From the IMG/VR virus record IMGVR_UViG_3300002835_000123: a DNA stretch of 64,000 bases; one strand, 5' to 3'. The DNA comes from an uncultured virus (IMG/VR IMGVR_UViG_3300002835_000123). Taxonomy: Duplodnaviria; Heunggongvirae; Uroviricota; Caudoviricetes. The position numbers and the translations under genes were made by a program. The stretch's first letter is position 1, and every line of letters starts with the position of its first letter. This document shows positions 38,843-49,269 of this stretch, piece after piece. Below the pieces are notes generated by a model. That model made no database searches and was not told the origin of the DNA. It worked only from the letters and a program-made list of their open reading frames with translations.

Positions 38843-41031
38843 GTGAATACTATGATAGATTTGATGATGGAGGACAGGTTTTTTCGGGTGATGTTGTAAA
38901 ATTTAAATATGAAGGTAACGATTTCATAAGAAAAGTAGAAAGCATAGATAATGAGGATAATATTGTTGTAAACATTGCTAAAAATCAAAAAGTTACAATA
39001 AAACCATCTGACATTATTGAAATAAAAAAAGAAATTGATAACAAATACATTATCACAAAAAAAATAGGTTTAAATGAAGAAAACGCTGATTTTTTACTTT
39101 CATTAAGTCCTACTTTTGCCGTTTGGTTGGCAGATGCTCTTGTTGATGCAGATGCTAAAGTTTTTAGTCCATTTATGGAAAATAGAACAAGAGAACAATC
39201 AATAAAATTTATAAATGAAAACCCAAGAACAATAACTCAATTACGAGAAAGAATTAGGGGTATATTAGATTGGTTACAACATCCTACAACACGGAAACAA
39301 AACCTTCGTGAATTATCATTCGAAGAAGCAGAGAGAAAAGCTAAAGAATGGCATGAAGAATTAAAAACAACAGGAGGAGATATAAATTATCAAGAACCTA
39401 CCGACAATATAATTTTAAAAGAGTACCCAAAAAATGATTTTGGAATAGAATATTATTGGGTACTTATCCCTTCTCATTATTGTGATATTGAAAGTGCAAG
39501 AATGGGTCATTGTGGTAGAACTAATGTAGGAAATGTGTTGATTTCACTACGTTCCAAAAGACCATATTCTAAAAATGATACAATTACTGATTCTCATGTA
39601 ACTATTGCCTACGGAAAAGATGATAGTATATTCTATCAAGTAAAAGGAAAGAAAAATCAAAAACCTTCCGAAAAATACTTCCCTTATATTTATGATTTGG
39701 TATTCTCTTTAACTGATGAAAATAGCGAATTAAAAAATAAATTTAAAAAGCAGATAGAAAAATTAAAAGAATCAAGAGAATATATAATTAATAAAATAAA
39801 AGATGTTTATGAAAAATTGAACAAGTATTTGAAAATGACAATGCAATTAGGAGAAGAATATATTTATATTAATTACTATTCTAAAGATAGAAGTAAGCCT
39901 ATTCAAGACCTTAAAAATTTATTTATTGCTGAATATGATTTGTACGATTTAAGTTTCAAGTTAGAGAAATTAAAATTTATAGATTGGCAATCCGAATACC
40001 TTTTCCTATTTCAAAACAATGATAGAAACATATTTAAATTAAAGGAAAAACTATATGAAGTAAGAAATATTAGAGAATATGAAGAAGTAGAAAATGAGAT
40101 TAAAAGATTAGAATATGAACCTATAAAAATTTTTAAAGAAATTGAACCTTTAGTCATAGAAATAGAAAAGTTGATGAATGAATATCTTAATATACAGATA
40201 CCTAATTATCTGAATTTGGATTTTGAAGGTTTTGGTAGCGAATATTCTACTTCAGACGATTATGGTTGGGAAGAAATGACAAAAGAAGAAATAGAAAAAA
40301 TAAAAAATATAAAACCTGAATTATTTAACAACTTTAAAGGTTCTCTTATTTTATATGAAAAAGGAATAATTACTGAAAAACCAAATACAACCATAGAAAT
40401 AAATTATGATACAAGTAAATATTATCAATTAAATGAAATAATAGACCATGATGATTATAGTCAGAGTTTCATTTCAGATATTTTGTCAGGTAATCCGTAT
40501 GATTTTATAAGTGGAAATTTTGAATACTTTTTTGAAGAAGCAAGTCAATATGTAAGCGATTTAAATAATCAACAAAAAAATGATATAATTGATAAAATAG
40601 TTGAAATAACTAACTATCCTAAATCAGAAGTAGAGCAAAATGGTATTGAATATTATTTAGATGGAGAAGATGAAAACTTTGATAGAGATGATTTTGAAGA
40701 AATAAGGAGGTCAATAGCAATAGCAGGTGAAAATGCAGAGGTTGATGGCTACCAAGAAATATATTATAACGAACTAAAAAGTGCTTTATTAGAATTAGGT
40801 GAAATATCTGAAATGAATGATGAAAGATTAGTTATGAAAATAGATTTAGCAAATCATTTAAGTATTGAAAGTATTGTAGAATATTTACAAGAATTAGAAA
40901 CTAATGATTTAGAAGAAGTTTTTCTTAGAGCATTAGCAAATGGAGATATTGAAAAACCTAAATTTAGAATAGATGATAGAACTTCTCCATATATTGACAT
41001 TAGTGATTATTTTGACATATATAATTATTAA
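38833..41031 (+). CDS. -1 frame continuation: SH3-like unit, PcfJ-like domain, acidic C-terminal region
   Basis: Frame open from the A11 run through TTG 39127 with no ATG; EWHEEL..ESARMGHCG..ISLR..HVTI..YQVKGKKNQKP PcfJ-like motifs. Confidence 0.65.
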   Translation, partial: NYLSEYYDRFDDGGQVFSGDVVKFKYEGNDFIRKVESIDNEDNIVVNIAKNQKVTIKPSDIIEIKKEIDNKYIITKKIGLNEENADFLLSLSPTFAVWLADALVDADAKVFSPFMENRTREQSIKFINENPRTITQLRERIRGILDWLQHPTTRKQNLRELSFEEAERKAKEWHEELKTTGGDINYQEPTDNIILKEYPKNDFGIEYYWVLIPSHYCDIESARMGHCGRTNVGNVLISLRSKRPYSKNDTITDSHVTIAYGKDDSIFYQVKGKKNQKPSEKYFPYIYDLVFSLTDENSELKNKFKKQIEKLKESREYIINKIKDVYEKLNKYLKMTMQLGEEYIYINYYSKDRSKPIQDLKNLFIAEYDLYDLSFKLEKLKFIDWQSEYLFLFQNNDRNIFKLKEKLYEVRNIREYEEVENEIKRLEYEPIKIFKEIEPLVIEIEKLMNEYLNIQIPNYLNLDFEGFGSEYSTSDDYGWEEMTKEEIEKIKNIKPELFNNFKGSLILYEKGIITEKPNTTIEINYDTSKYYQLNEIIDHDDYSQSFISDILSGNPYDFISGNFEYFFEEASQYVSDLNNQQKNDIIDKIVEITNYPKSEVEQNGIEYYLDGEDENFDRDDFEEIRRSIAIAGENAEVDGYQEIYYNELKSALLELGEISEMNDERLVMKIDLANHLSIESIVEYLQELETNDLEEVFLRALANGDIEKPKFRIDDRTSPYIDISDYFDIYNY

Positions 41032-41040
41032 CTTAGTATT

Positions 41041-41880
41041 ATGAATAAAAAGAATTTCAAATTACCAAAAAGTAAATTTAAGCGTTCTTCTTATGAACTT
41101 GCTATCGAAGAAGGAAAAAGAATGTCTGACCAAAATAAGTCATACACAGAAATTAGGGAAACACTTGACGAAAAATACCCTTCAGAACAATTTTATATGC
41201 AAGATATTATGGCAAGTATTTTACAATACGCCATAAAAAATAAAATGAAAGATAAAAATATGTTCAAAAAAATGGAAGATGGAGGTGGAGTACCCAATAC
41301 TGAAAATTCATTTAAGTTACCTTTAGAGATTGCAGTATATGTGCCTTCAACTAAAAATGTAAATGAAGTGATTTCGGTTGATGAAATGAACGAAAGAGAA
41401 AATCAAGTAAAAACATTTCTTGCAGAAAGATTTGGAGGATATACCATGTCAGATAAGTTAGGAGGATATGTTGACAATAGTGGTAATCTCGTAAATGAAG
41501 AAATAACACAAGTTGTATCTTTCGCTACAATAGAAGCATGGGAAAAATACAAAAATGAATTAGTTGCTAAAATATCAGAATGGGCAGATAAATGGGGTCA
41601 AGAAGCAATAGGTTTAGAATTTGAAGGTGATATGTTCTATATTGAAAAAGAACCTGCAATGGTTATGAAAAATGGAGGACAACTATGGATTCAAAATGCC
41701 GTAGAAAAAATGAAACAAAAAGGAACTATTGGAGCATTTACAAAACAAGCTAAAAGAGAAGGATTATCAACTACTGAATTTGCTAAAAAAGTAATGCAAA
41801 ACCCTAAAAAATATACTTTAAAAACAAAAAGGAGAGCGATATTTTTTAAAAATACAAACCCTGAAAAATTTAGAAAATGA
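41041..41880 (+). CDS. three-module protein with xxGG linkers (middle DUF3574/PII-like unit; basic C-terminal unit)
   Basis: KMEDGGG, MKNGG; AVYVPST..FGGYT..GGYV..WGQEAI; GAFTKQAKREG...KRRAIF. Confidence 0.6.
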   Translation: MNKKNFKLPKSKFKRSSYELAIEEGKRMSDQNKSYTEIRETLDEKYPSEQFYMQDIMASILQYAIKNKMKDKNMFKKMEDGGGVPNTENSFKLPLEIAVYVPSTKNVNEVISVDEMNERENQVKTFLAERFGGYTMSDKLGGYVDNSGNLVNEEITQVVSFATIEAWEKYKNELVAKISEWADKWGQEAIGLEFEGDMFYIEKEPAMVMKNGGQLWIQNAVEKMKQKGTIGAFTKQAKREGLSTTEFAKKVMQNPKKYTLKTKRRAIFFKNTNPEKFRK

Positions 41881-42062
41881 AAATAACAGAAAATCAATTT
41901 AGAAATATACAAGTTCTTTTTACAATTTTGTTTGCTGTAAATATAGGTTTCACAATTTGGAACATATATGAAACACATCAAAGTCGTGTTATGGAAAGGC
42001 AAATACTTGAAGAAAAACTCAATCAACTAAGAAACGGAAAAAAAGAAGAAGAAGAAAATTAA
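41877..42062 (+). CDS. small single-TM protein with coiled tail
   Basis: IQVLFTILFAVNIGFTIW; overlaps previous stop (ATGA). Confidence 0.55.
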   Translation: MKITENQFRNIQVLFTILFAVNIGFTIWNIYETHQSRVMERQILEEKLNQLRNGKKEEEEN

Positions 42063-42105
42063 AAAAAAGTTGACAAAATAAATATTGTTGACAAAAAATC
42101 TTTAT

Positions 42106-42137
42106 TATATTTGTCGGTAATGATTCTGTTGCCGACA
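42106..42137 (+). promoter_or_regulatory. -7 box (TATATTTG) overlapped by hairpin TGTCGGTAA/TTGCCGACA
   Basis: TAnnTTTG 42106-42113; inverted repeat 42112-42137; two GTTGACAAAA direct repeats just upstream. Confidence 0.55.
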
Positions 42138-42253
42138 TTTTCATTTTAATTAGTGTATAATATTCTAAAAAACATCTATGGTGTAAGAAGAATAATTTGC
42201 CTTTATTAATTTGATATTGTTTCGCAACAATAATTTTAACTAAAAAAAATATT

Positions 42254-42801
<548 letters not shown>

Positions 42802-42802
<1 letters not shown>

Positions 42803-43257
42803 TGAAAAGCGAATTAGAAGTTATTGAGTTTTTTAGGCAAATACATAAACTCATTCAAAAAAATGGACTTGAAAAAGTTCTCAACCAACTAAAACAAATA
42901 AATGTTTTGAATGGAGATAAGTTTGAAAGGGATGTTTGCGATTATATTGTAAGTATTACTGCAAATAATTACTTTATAGAAAAAGGATTAATTCTCAATT
43001 CTTCTAAAAGAGGTAAGGTAAGTGAAGCAAGAAGAATGTGTTTTGCCCTAATAAAAGAACATTTAACTTTTTCTGATGAAGAAATAGGTGTTTATTTTGG
43101 TGGTCGTTCAAGGCAATATATAAACAGAGAATTAACAAACTTACCTTTGAATCAAGACAGATTATCTAAAGTAGAATCGAAATTTGTAAATGACTTTATG
43201 GAATTAACAAAAAAGGTGGTAGAATATAAAAATACATATTCATTACAAAAAACATAG
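42802..43257 (+). CDS. DnaA domain IV-like (C-terminal HTH) DNA-binding protein
   Basis: SSKRGKVSEARRMCFALIKEHLTFSDEEIGVYFGGRS matches the DnaA-C pattern; no AAA+ domain. Confidence 0.7.
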
Positions 43258-43262
43258 TAAAT

Positions 43263-44519
43263 ATGAAATATCCATTTTTTAACAAAAAAGGTAGACCTAC
43301 ACAATATGAGCAAGGAATATGTAAGAAAATAAATGAAATGCTTAGTGATAAAAAAATATCACAAAATGAAATAGATGAATTTATTAGTAATTATGGACAT
43401 CCTCAATCTACCGAAGAATTAGAAAATTTTTATTCAATTTTAACAGGTGAAGATGCTGAATCTGAAAATTCTGTTAAATATGAAGAAGAATATGAAGAAA
43501 TTGAAGATAGTATAAGTGAAAAAACAAATGAACCTACCATGACAAATAATGATAATCAAAATGAAAGTGGAGTAAATTTTAATCCATTTAGTGAACCTGT
43601 TGTAGAAAGAGAATATACAAAAGGAGCATTTCAATCGCAAGAAGAACAACTTGCAGAAGATGATTTTGGTTTTACTGAAGAAGAAACTCAAAAACCGATA
43701 GATGATATTGAAGATGCAAAAATAGAAGAAGAAATAGAACAAGATATTCCTGAACCACAATTTAATAATACCCAAAGTCAATCAAATTATGGTGGAGAAG
43801 GAGAAGAAGAAGGTGAATTAGGAGAAGGAGAGGAAGATTTAGGTTCTGAAAAGTTAGGAGGAGATAATTTACAAGATTTATCACCTGCACAAAAAAGAAA
43901 ATCAGCAGAAAAAACTGCTGAAGCAATACTAAATATGTATTGTAATTTTGCACCTCTACCATTTAAAAAGTGGGCATCTTTTAATCCAAATCATATTCAA
44001 AAATTAGTTTTCGAAAAGAAAATTGATATGGATATGCAAGTTGAACAAGGTGTTACTATCAGAGATTATATCAATGGAGTTAATGAACAGGTAGAAGAAA
44101 TATTTAAAGTAAGTCAAGAAACAAGAGAAGAAATAAAAGACCCTCTTATTGATGTTTTAATGGAGCAAGAGTTAGCTTTAACGCCTACTCAAAGACTTCT
44201 CATAGCTGTTGGCGGTCATGTTATAACAATGGGTTTTTCTGCATTTCAATTATCACAGAATAATAAACAGGCACTTGAAACATTTGAAAGATTTCAACAA
44301 AATGCAAGTGGAAAAACACAAACATCTAATGATAATACAGAAAAGAGAACAAGACCTACACCTTCTTCACCACAATCAGAACCAATGTCAAAAATGGATA
44401 GACAATCTGTTGAAGAATTAATAAGGCAAATGGAAGGAGATAATGATGATGATGATGATGTTTTGGATAGTATAAATGACCCAAATGTAAGCGTAGATGA
44501 AACTTATGATGAAGAATAA
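43263..44519 (+). CDS. acidic protein with hydrophobic C-proximal segment, directly upstream of ATPase
   Basis: E/D-rich; LLIAVGGHVITMGFSAF. Confidence 0.55.
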   Translation: MKYPFFNKKGRPTQYEQGICKKINEMLSDKKISQNEIDEFISNYGHPQSTEELENFYSILTGEDAESENSVKYEEEYEEIEDSISEKTNEPTMTNNDNQNESGVNFNPFSEPVVEREYTKGAFQSQEEQLAEDDFGFTEEETQKPIDDIEDAKIEEEIEQDIPEPQFNNTQSQSNYGGEGEEEGELGEGEEDLGSEKLGGDNLQDLSPAQKRKSAEKTAEAILNMYCNFAPLPFKKWASFNPNHIQKLVFEKKIDMDMQVEQGVTIRDYINGVNEQVEEIFKVSQETREEIKDPLIDVLMEQELALTPTQRLLIAVGGHVITMGFSAFQLSQNNKQALETFERFQQNASGKTQTSNDNTEKRTRPTPSSPQSEPMSKMDRQSVEELIRQMEGDNDDDDDVLDSINDPNVSVDETYDEE

Positions 44520-44530
44520 ATTCAATTAGA

Positions 44531-45343
44531 ATGAGTTTAAGAGAGCCGATATTGATGTGTGTAACAGGAAAAAAAGGAGTAGGTAAAACTTACACTACCT
44601 TGAAGCACATTGATGATTACACAAAAAACAATAAAAAAACAGGTAAAAAAGCAAGAAAAGTTTTAATTTACGATATTAACATGGAATACACCATGTTTAA
44701 AGCAATTTCAGTAGAGGACATTCCAAGATTCACAAATCAATCAAAAATAGAAGTAAGAAGGGTATTGCCTATATTATCTAATGGTAGAATGGCAGGTCTT
44801 TCAGATATGTTAGAAATATTAAGCACAATAATTGAAAATTACAGAGGTGGTATGTTAATTTTAGAGGATATTAATAGATATTTAATTCAATCTAAAACAA
44901 CAGATGTAATTGGACTTTTAGCAACCAACCGACACAGAGATTTAGATATTATCTGTCATTTTCAATCATTATCAGCACTCGACCCAAGAATGTGGCAAAA
45001 TACAAGTTTTGTTAGATTTCATGCTCAAATAGATGATATAAAAAGATATTCTCAAAGGATTCCTAATTTTGAAATGTTTAAAATAGCACAATGTCTTGTG
45101 GAGTATAAATACTTAAAATTAGGAGATAAAAGATTTTATTGTTTTATTGCTTGTGATGAAAACTATATTGCAGGTAATTTTTCAAAAAAAGACTTTCATG
45201 AGGCTTGTTTAAATTATTTACAACAATATCCAAAAGGAATAAATGAAATACAAAAAAAATTTGGAAGTGGTTTAGATGCAAGGAATAAAGCAATAAAATC
45301 AGTAATTCAAGAGTTTTTTCAAAAATATTATAGAGGAATTTAA
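44531..45343 (+). CDS. FtsK/HerA/A32-type genome-packaging ATPase
   Basis: GKKGVGKT Walker A, LIYD, LILED Walker B, NRHRDLDIICHFQS arginine-finger/Gln sensor; stand-alone 270 aa. Confidence 0.8.
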   Translation: MSLREPILMCVTGKKGVGKTYTTLKHIDDYTKNNKKTGKKARKVLIYDINMEYTMFKAISVEDIPRFTNQSKIEVRRVLPILSNGRMAGLSDMLEILSTIIENYRGGMLILEDINRYLIQSKTTDVIGLLATNRHRDLDIICHFQSLSALDPRMWQNTSFVRFHAQIDDIKRYSQRIPNFEMFKIAQCLVEYKYLKLGDKRFYCFIACDENYIAGNFSKKDFHEACLNYLQQYPKGINEIQKKFGSGLDARNKAIKSVIQEFFQKYYRGI

Positions 45344-45344
45344 A

Positions 45345-46040
45345 ATGGAAAAATATAAAATACTTATAAAATTTGCTTCACGTTCAAGAGAACAAAAATT
45401 CTTTAGTTGCTTAGACAACATATTAAATTATGTTGTGGATAAAGAAAATTTTTGTGTTTTAGTTTCTTTGGACATTGATGATGTGTCTATGTATAATCAA
45501 AACACGTTGAATAAATTATCTACGTATTTGAATAACCATCCAAATAATTTGATTATAAAATTTGCAACAAGTAAAAACAAAATAGATGCAATCAATCGTG
45601 ATGTAAATGAAATTAAGGAAAGATTCAATTTTGATATACTAATTAACTTTTCAGATGATATGCTTTGGACAAAACATGGATTTGATGAAGTAATAAGAGA
45701 AAAATTCAAATTACATTTTCCTGATACAAATGGAAATTTGCATTTCAATGATGGTTATACTAAAGAAAGATTATGCACCATGAGTATAATTGGAAGAAAA
45801 TATTACGACAAATACAACTATATTTATCATCCAAGTTATATTTCGCTTTGGTGTGATAATGAATATACAATAGTTGCAAAAAATCAACAAAAAATGATTT
45901 ATTTTGAAGAAATAATATTTGTTCACAATCATCCATCAAATGTTGGTGGAATAGTAGATGAACAACTTAAAAAAACAGAATCTTTTGCAGAAATAGATTA
46001 TAATAACTTTATGAACAGACAAAAAAATAATTTTCAATGA
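45345..46040 (+). CDS. GT-A fold glycosyltransferase
   Basis: FASRSR, LDIDD, KIDAINRD, NFSDDM, SLWCDNE. Confidence 0.7.
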   Translation: MEKYKILIKFASRSREQKFFSCLDNILNYVVDKENFCVLVSLDIDDVSMYNQNTLNKLSTYLNNHPNNLIIKFATSKNKIDAINRDVNEIKERFNFDILINFSDDMLWTKHGFDEVIREKFKLHFPDTNGNLHFNDGYTKERLCTMSIIGRKYYDKYNYIYHPSYISLWCDNEYTIVAKNQQKMIYFEEIIFVHNHPSNVGGIVDEQLKKTESFAEIDYNNFMNRQKNNFQ

Positions 46041-46681
46041 ATTTTCAAGGACAAAATAGAGAAGATGAATTTGTTTATCAATATTTTAAAAACAAATTTG
46101 GTGAAGAATTTAAAGGAAGCGTTTTAGATATTGGTGCTAATGATGGGGTAACTCTAAGTAATTCATATTTTTTGATTACTCAAGGATGGAAAGGGTATTT
46201 GGTTGAAGCAGGTAAAAATCCATTTTATAAATTAGCTTCTCTGTATCAAAACACTTCAAAAGAAATAGTAAAATGTTATAATTTGGCTTTAGGTCATAAA
46301 AACGAAATTGTTACATTTTATGAAAGTAAAAATTTAATAAATCCAAATGATATAGGTTTAGTATCATCGGCAATTTCAGAAGAAACAAAAAGATGGAGAA
46401 ATGCAGGTGTTGAATATGAAGAATATTCTGTTTTAATGCAAACATTTGATGTTTTTTGTAATCAAAATGAATTGTCTGAAAAAATATTTGATTTTATAAG
46501 TATAGATATTGAAGGATTGGATTGGGAAGTATTGAATCAAATAGATTTAGGTAAATTTGGATGTAAATGTTTGTGTGTAGAATTTAATGGAAAAGAAAAA
46601 GAAAAATACGTTGAATATGCTCTTAAATATGATTTATACCTGTCGGTTCAAAATGCAGAAAATTTAATATTTGTAAAATAA
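46037..46681 (+). CDS. FkbM-family methyltransferase
   Basis: LDIGANDG..SNS, GWKGYLVE, FISIDIEGLD. Confidence 0.88.
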   Translation: MNFQGQNREDEFVYQYFKNKFGEEFKGSVLDIGANDGVTLSNSYFLITQGWKGYLVEAGKNPFYKLASLYQNTSKEIVKCYNLALGHKNEIVTFYESKNLINPNDIGLVSSAISEETKRWRNAGVEYEEYSVLMQTFDVFCNQNELSEKIFDFISIDIEGLDWEVLNQIDLGKFGCKCLCVEFNGKEKEKYVEYALKYDLYLSVQNAENLIFVK

Positions 46682-47358
46682 TGAAACATTGCATAGTTAA
46701 TTTTTCAGATTATAAATTTGCTTTAGGACAGAATAGATTAAGAGAATCTTTAATTCAACAAGGTTATCAAGGTGATATAATTACTTTTAATGAATTTCAT
46801 CAGGTCGGTTCAAAATCACATTTGGAAGTGCCATACCAATTCAAAGTTTTTGCTATTGAAAAAGCAAGACAAATGGGTTATGATGTAATCCTATATTGTG
46901 ATGCTTCTCTATGGGCAATAAAAAATGTAATGCCTGTTATACATTATATTATTGAAAATGGATATTTGTTAGAAAAATGTGGATTTTCTGTTGGTCATTT
47001 TTCAACTGATTTATGTTTAAGTGAATTTGATATTTCAAGAGAAATTGCTTTTTCTATTCCTTTACATTCAGCAGGATTTACAGGATTAAATTTTAGAAAC
47101 GAAATAGCAAATATTTTTTTTGAAAAATGGTTACAACGAGCAAGAGAAGAAAAAACATTCATTGGAGATTGGAATAATAATAGTAGGCAATGTTCGAAAG
47201 ATGAAAGATGTTTGGGTCATAGACATGACCAAACTACTGCTTCTATTATTGCTCATGAGTTACAAATGAACAGAATAAATCCACATTTTATGCAATATAA
47301 TTATGATGGAGTAATTACAAAACAAGAAACAATATTTAATTGCAGGGGAATATGTTAA
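46681..47358 (+). CDS. nucleotide-diphospho-sugar transferase-like protein
   Basis: FKVFAI, ILYCDASLW, HRHDQT motifs. Confidence 0.6.
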   Translation: MKHCIVNFSDYKFALGQNRLRESLIQQGYQGDIITFNEFHQVGSKSHLEVPYQFKVFAIEKARQMGYDVILYCDASLWAIKNVMPVIHYIIENGYLLEKCGFSVGHFSTDLCLSEFDISREIAFSIPLHSAGFTGLNFRNEIANIFFEKWLQRAREEKTFIGDWNNNSRQCSKDERCLGHRHDQTTASIIAHELQMNRINPHFMQYNYDGVITKQETIFNCRGIC

Positions 47359-47367
47359 TAAATTTAT

Positions 47368-47982
47368 ATGAAAAATAAAAAAAATTATTCAAAAGAAGAA
47401 TATATCAAATTTTGGGGAGAAAATGGATATATTGAAACATGGGATGGTCATAAGTATAATTGGTCAGAAGAAATAAAAAATTTAGTATTGAATCAAATTG
47501 GATTTAAAAAAGACAAAGAAGTTTTAGAAATAGGTTGTGGTGCAGGATATTGGACTAAATTTCTTTGTGAAAACTCAAAATATGTTACGGCAATAGACTT
47601 AATACCGAACCCACCTTTGAATGAAAAAAACTTTAGATATATAGAAAATGAAAATTTACAATTCGATTGTAATAAAATAGATAATGAATCTATTGATTTT
47701 GCTTTCTCTTTTGGAGTTTTTTGCCATTTGTCAAAAAGTGCTTGTGAATCTTATTTAAAAGATACTCTTAGAGTTTTAAAAAAAGGAGGAACTGCAATAT
47801 TTATGTATTCAGATGATAAAGGTTTAAAAGAATTTTATAAAGATGAAAATTTTGTTGCATCAAGAATTTATGGTCAATACAATGACTATTCTGACTTTAT
47901 GCCAATTTTAAAAAAATATGATTCTGAATGTAAGAAAATATTAGAATTTAGAGATTTATTAGTTTTAATAACAAAAAAATAA
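47368..47982 (+). CDS. class I SAM-dependent methyltransferase
   Basis: VLEIGCGAG, DFAFSFGVFCHL, RVLKKGG. Confidence 0.88.
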   Translation: MKNKKNYSKEEYIKFWGENGYIETWDGHKYNWSEEIKNLVLNQIGFKKDKEVLEIGCGAGYWTKFLCENSKYVTAIDLIPNPPLNEKNFRYIENENLQFDCNKIDNESIDFAFSFGVFCHLSKSACESYLKDTLRVLKKGGTAIFMYSDDKGLKEFYKDENFVASRIYGQYNDYSDFMPILKKYDSECKKILEFRDLLVLITKK

Positions 47983-48000
47983 ACAAAAAATAAACAAAAA

Positions 48001-48675
48001 ATGAACAACTCACAACTATTGGATATAATAGCAGGTGCTTTATATTCCACAAAAGAAACTCAAATGAATAGTTATAATTTGGGTAAATATGTAGTAGAAA
48101 AAAATATAGAAGGAGATATTATTGAATGTGGAATTGCTATGGCAGGTAATTTTGCATCTATGATTTTAGGTGCTACTTCTTTTCCACAAGGACAGAGCCG
48201 TAAATTTTGGGGTTTTGATAGTTTTGTTGGAATCCAATTAGCAGGTAAAAAAGATACTCAACAAGCAGGTATAGGTGCAATAACACACAATACAGATGTT
48301 CCTTATGAAGATTTGTTGATTAGTAGTGGTATTACATCACATTCAAAACAACAAGTTTTAAATAATTTAAATGCTTGGGGTTTATCAAAATATCAAATTG
48401 AACTTGTTGAGGGATGGGTTCAAAATACTATACCATTAGTTAATGATAGAATAAATAAAATATCTATTTTAAGATTGGATATGGATGTTTACCATCCTAC
48501 AAAATATACCTTAGATATGTGGTGGGATAAAATATCAAATGGCGGAGTTATAATTATTGATGATTGGGCATTAGATGGAGTAAGAACTGCGTGTTACGAA
48601 TTTTTTGAAGAAAAAAATATTTCTCCTGAAATACATACGATACCAAATTCAACACCAACGTATTTTTTCAAGTAA
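48001..48675 (+). CDS. TylF/MycF-family sugar O-methyltransferase
   Basis: EGDIIECG, GFDSFVG, GWVQNT, LRLDMDVY, GGVIIIDD. Confidence 0.88.
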   Translation: MNNSQLLDIIAGALYSTKETQMNSYNLGKYVVEKNIEGDIIECGIAMAGNFASMILGATSFPQGQSRKFWGFDSFVGIQLAGKKDTQQAGIGAITHNTDVPYEDLLISSGITSHSKQQVLNNLNAWGLSKYQIELVEGWVQNTIPLVNDRINKISILRLDMDVYHPTKYTLDMWWDKISNGGVIIIDDWALDGVRTACYEFFEEKNISPEIHTIPNSTPTYFFK

Positions 48676-48685
48676 TTTAAAATTT

Positions 48686-49267
48686 ATGAAATTATCTATA
48701 ACAATAGCATCTGTTAGCATAAGAAAAGATATGCTTGATAATCTTTTAGCTGAATTAAATAAACAAATAGAAGAAAATAATTTAAAAAATGAAGTTGAAA
48801 TATTGGTAGATGATGATGATTCTCGATATTTAGGCACAAAAAGAAAAATGATGTTAGAAAAAGCAAAAGGTTTATTTACTTGTGCTATTGATGATGATGA
48901 TTTTATAAGTTCAGACTATGTTAAATTAATTGTGGAAGCTATAAACAAAGACGAATCAGTTGATTGTTTAGCAATTAATGGAGTTATTACTTTCAATGGT
49001 TTAAATCCTAAAAAATGGTTTATTTCCTGTCATTACGAAGATTGGTATGAGGAAAATGAAATATATTATCGCACACCTAACCATATTTGTCCTATAAAAA
49101 CAGAGTTAGCAAGATTAGGAAATTTTGATGATGTAGCATGGGGAGAAGATTATCCATTTTCGCAAAGAATGAAATCTATTCTGAAAACAGAAACAATAAT
49201 TGAAGAACCTTTGTATTATTATCAATATAGTACAGAAAATTCATTACACGATTACCAAAATAAGTAA
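48686..49267 (+). CDS. GT2-family glycosyltransferase
   Basis: KLSITI, GTKR, IDDDD, NHICP, GEDYPF; ATG 48686 preferred. Confidence 0.8.
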   Translation: MKLSITIASVSIRKDMLDNLLAELNKQIEENNLKNEVEILVDDDDSRYLGTKRKMMLEKAKGLFTCAIDDDDFISSDYVKLIVEAINKDESVDCLAINGVITFNGLNPKKWFISCHYEDWYEENEIYYRTPNHICPIKTELARLGNFDDVAWGEDYPFSQRMKSILKTETIIEEPLYYYQYSTENSLHDYQNK

Positions 49268-49269
49268 AT

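Noticed and set aside
39127..39129. TTG start for an independent 634-aa gene
   Set aside because: The frame is open and protein-like for 98 codons upstream, back to the A11 run
44531..45343. Terminase large subunit or conjugative VirB4/VirD4
   Set aside because: Too short, no nuclease domain or TM, no T4SS genes; motif order fits A32/HerA-type packaging ATPases
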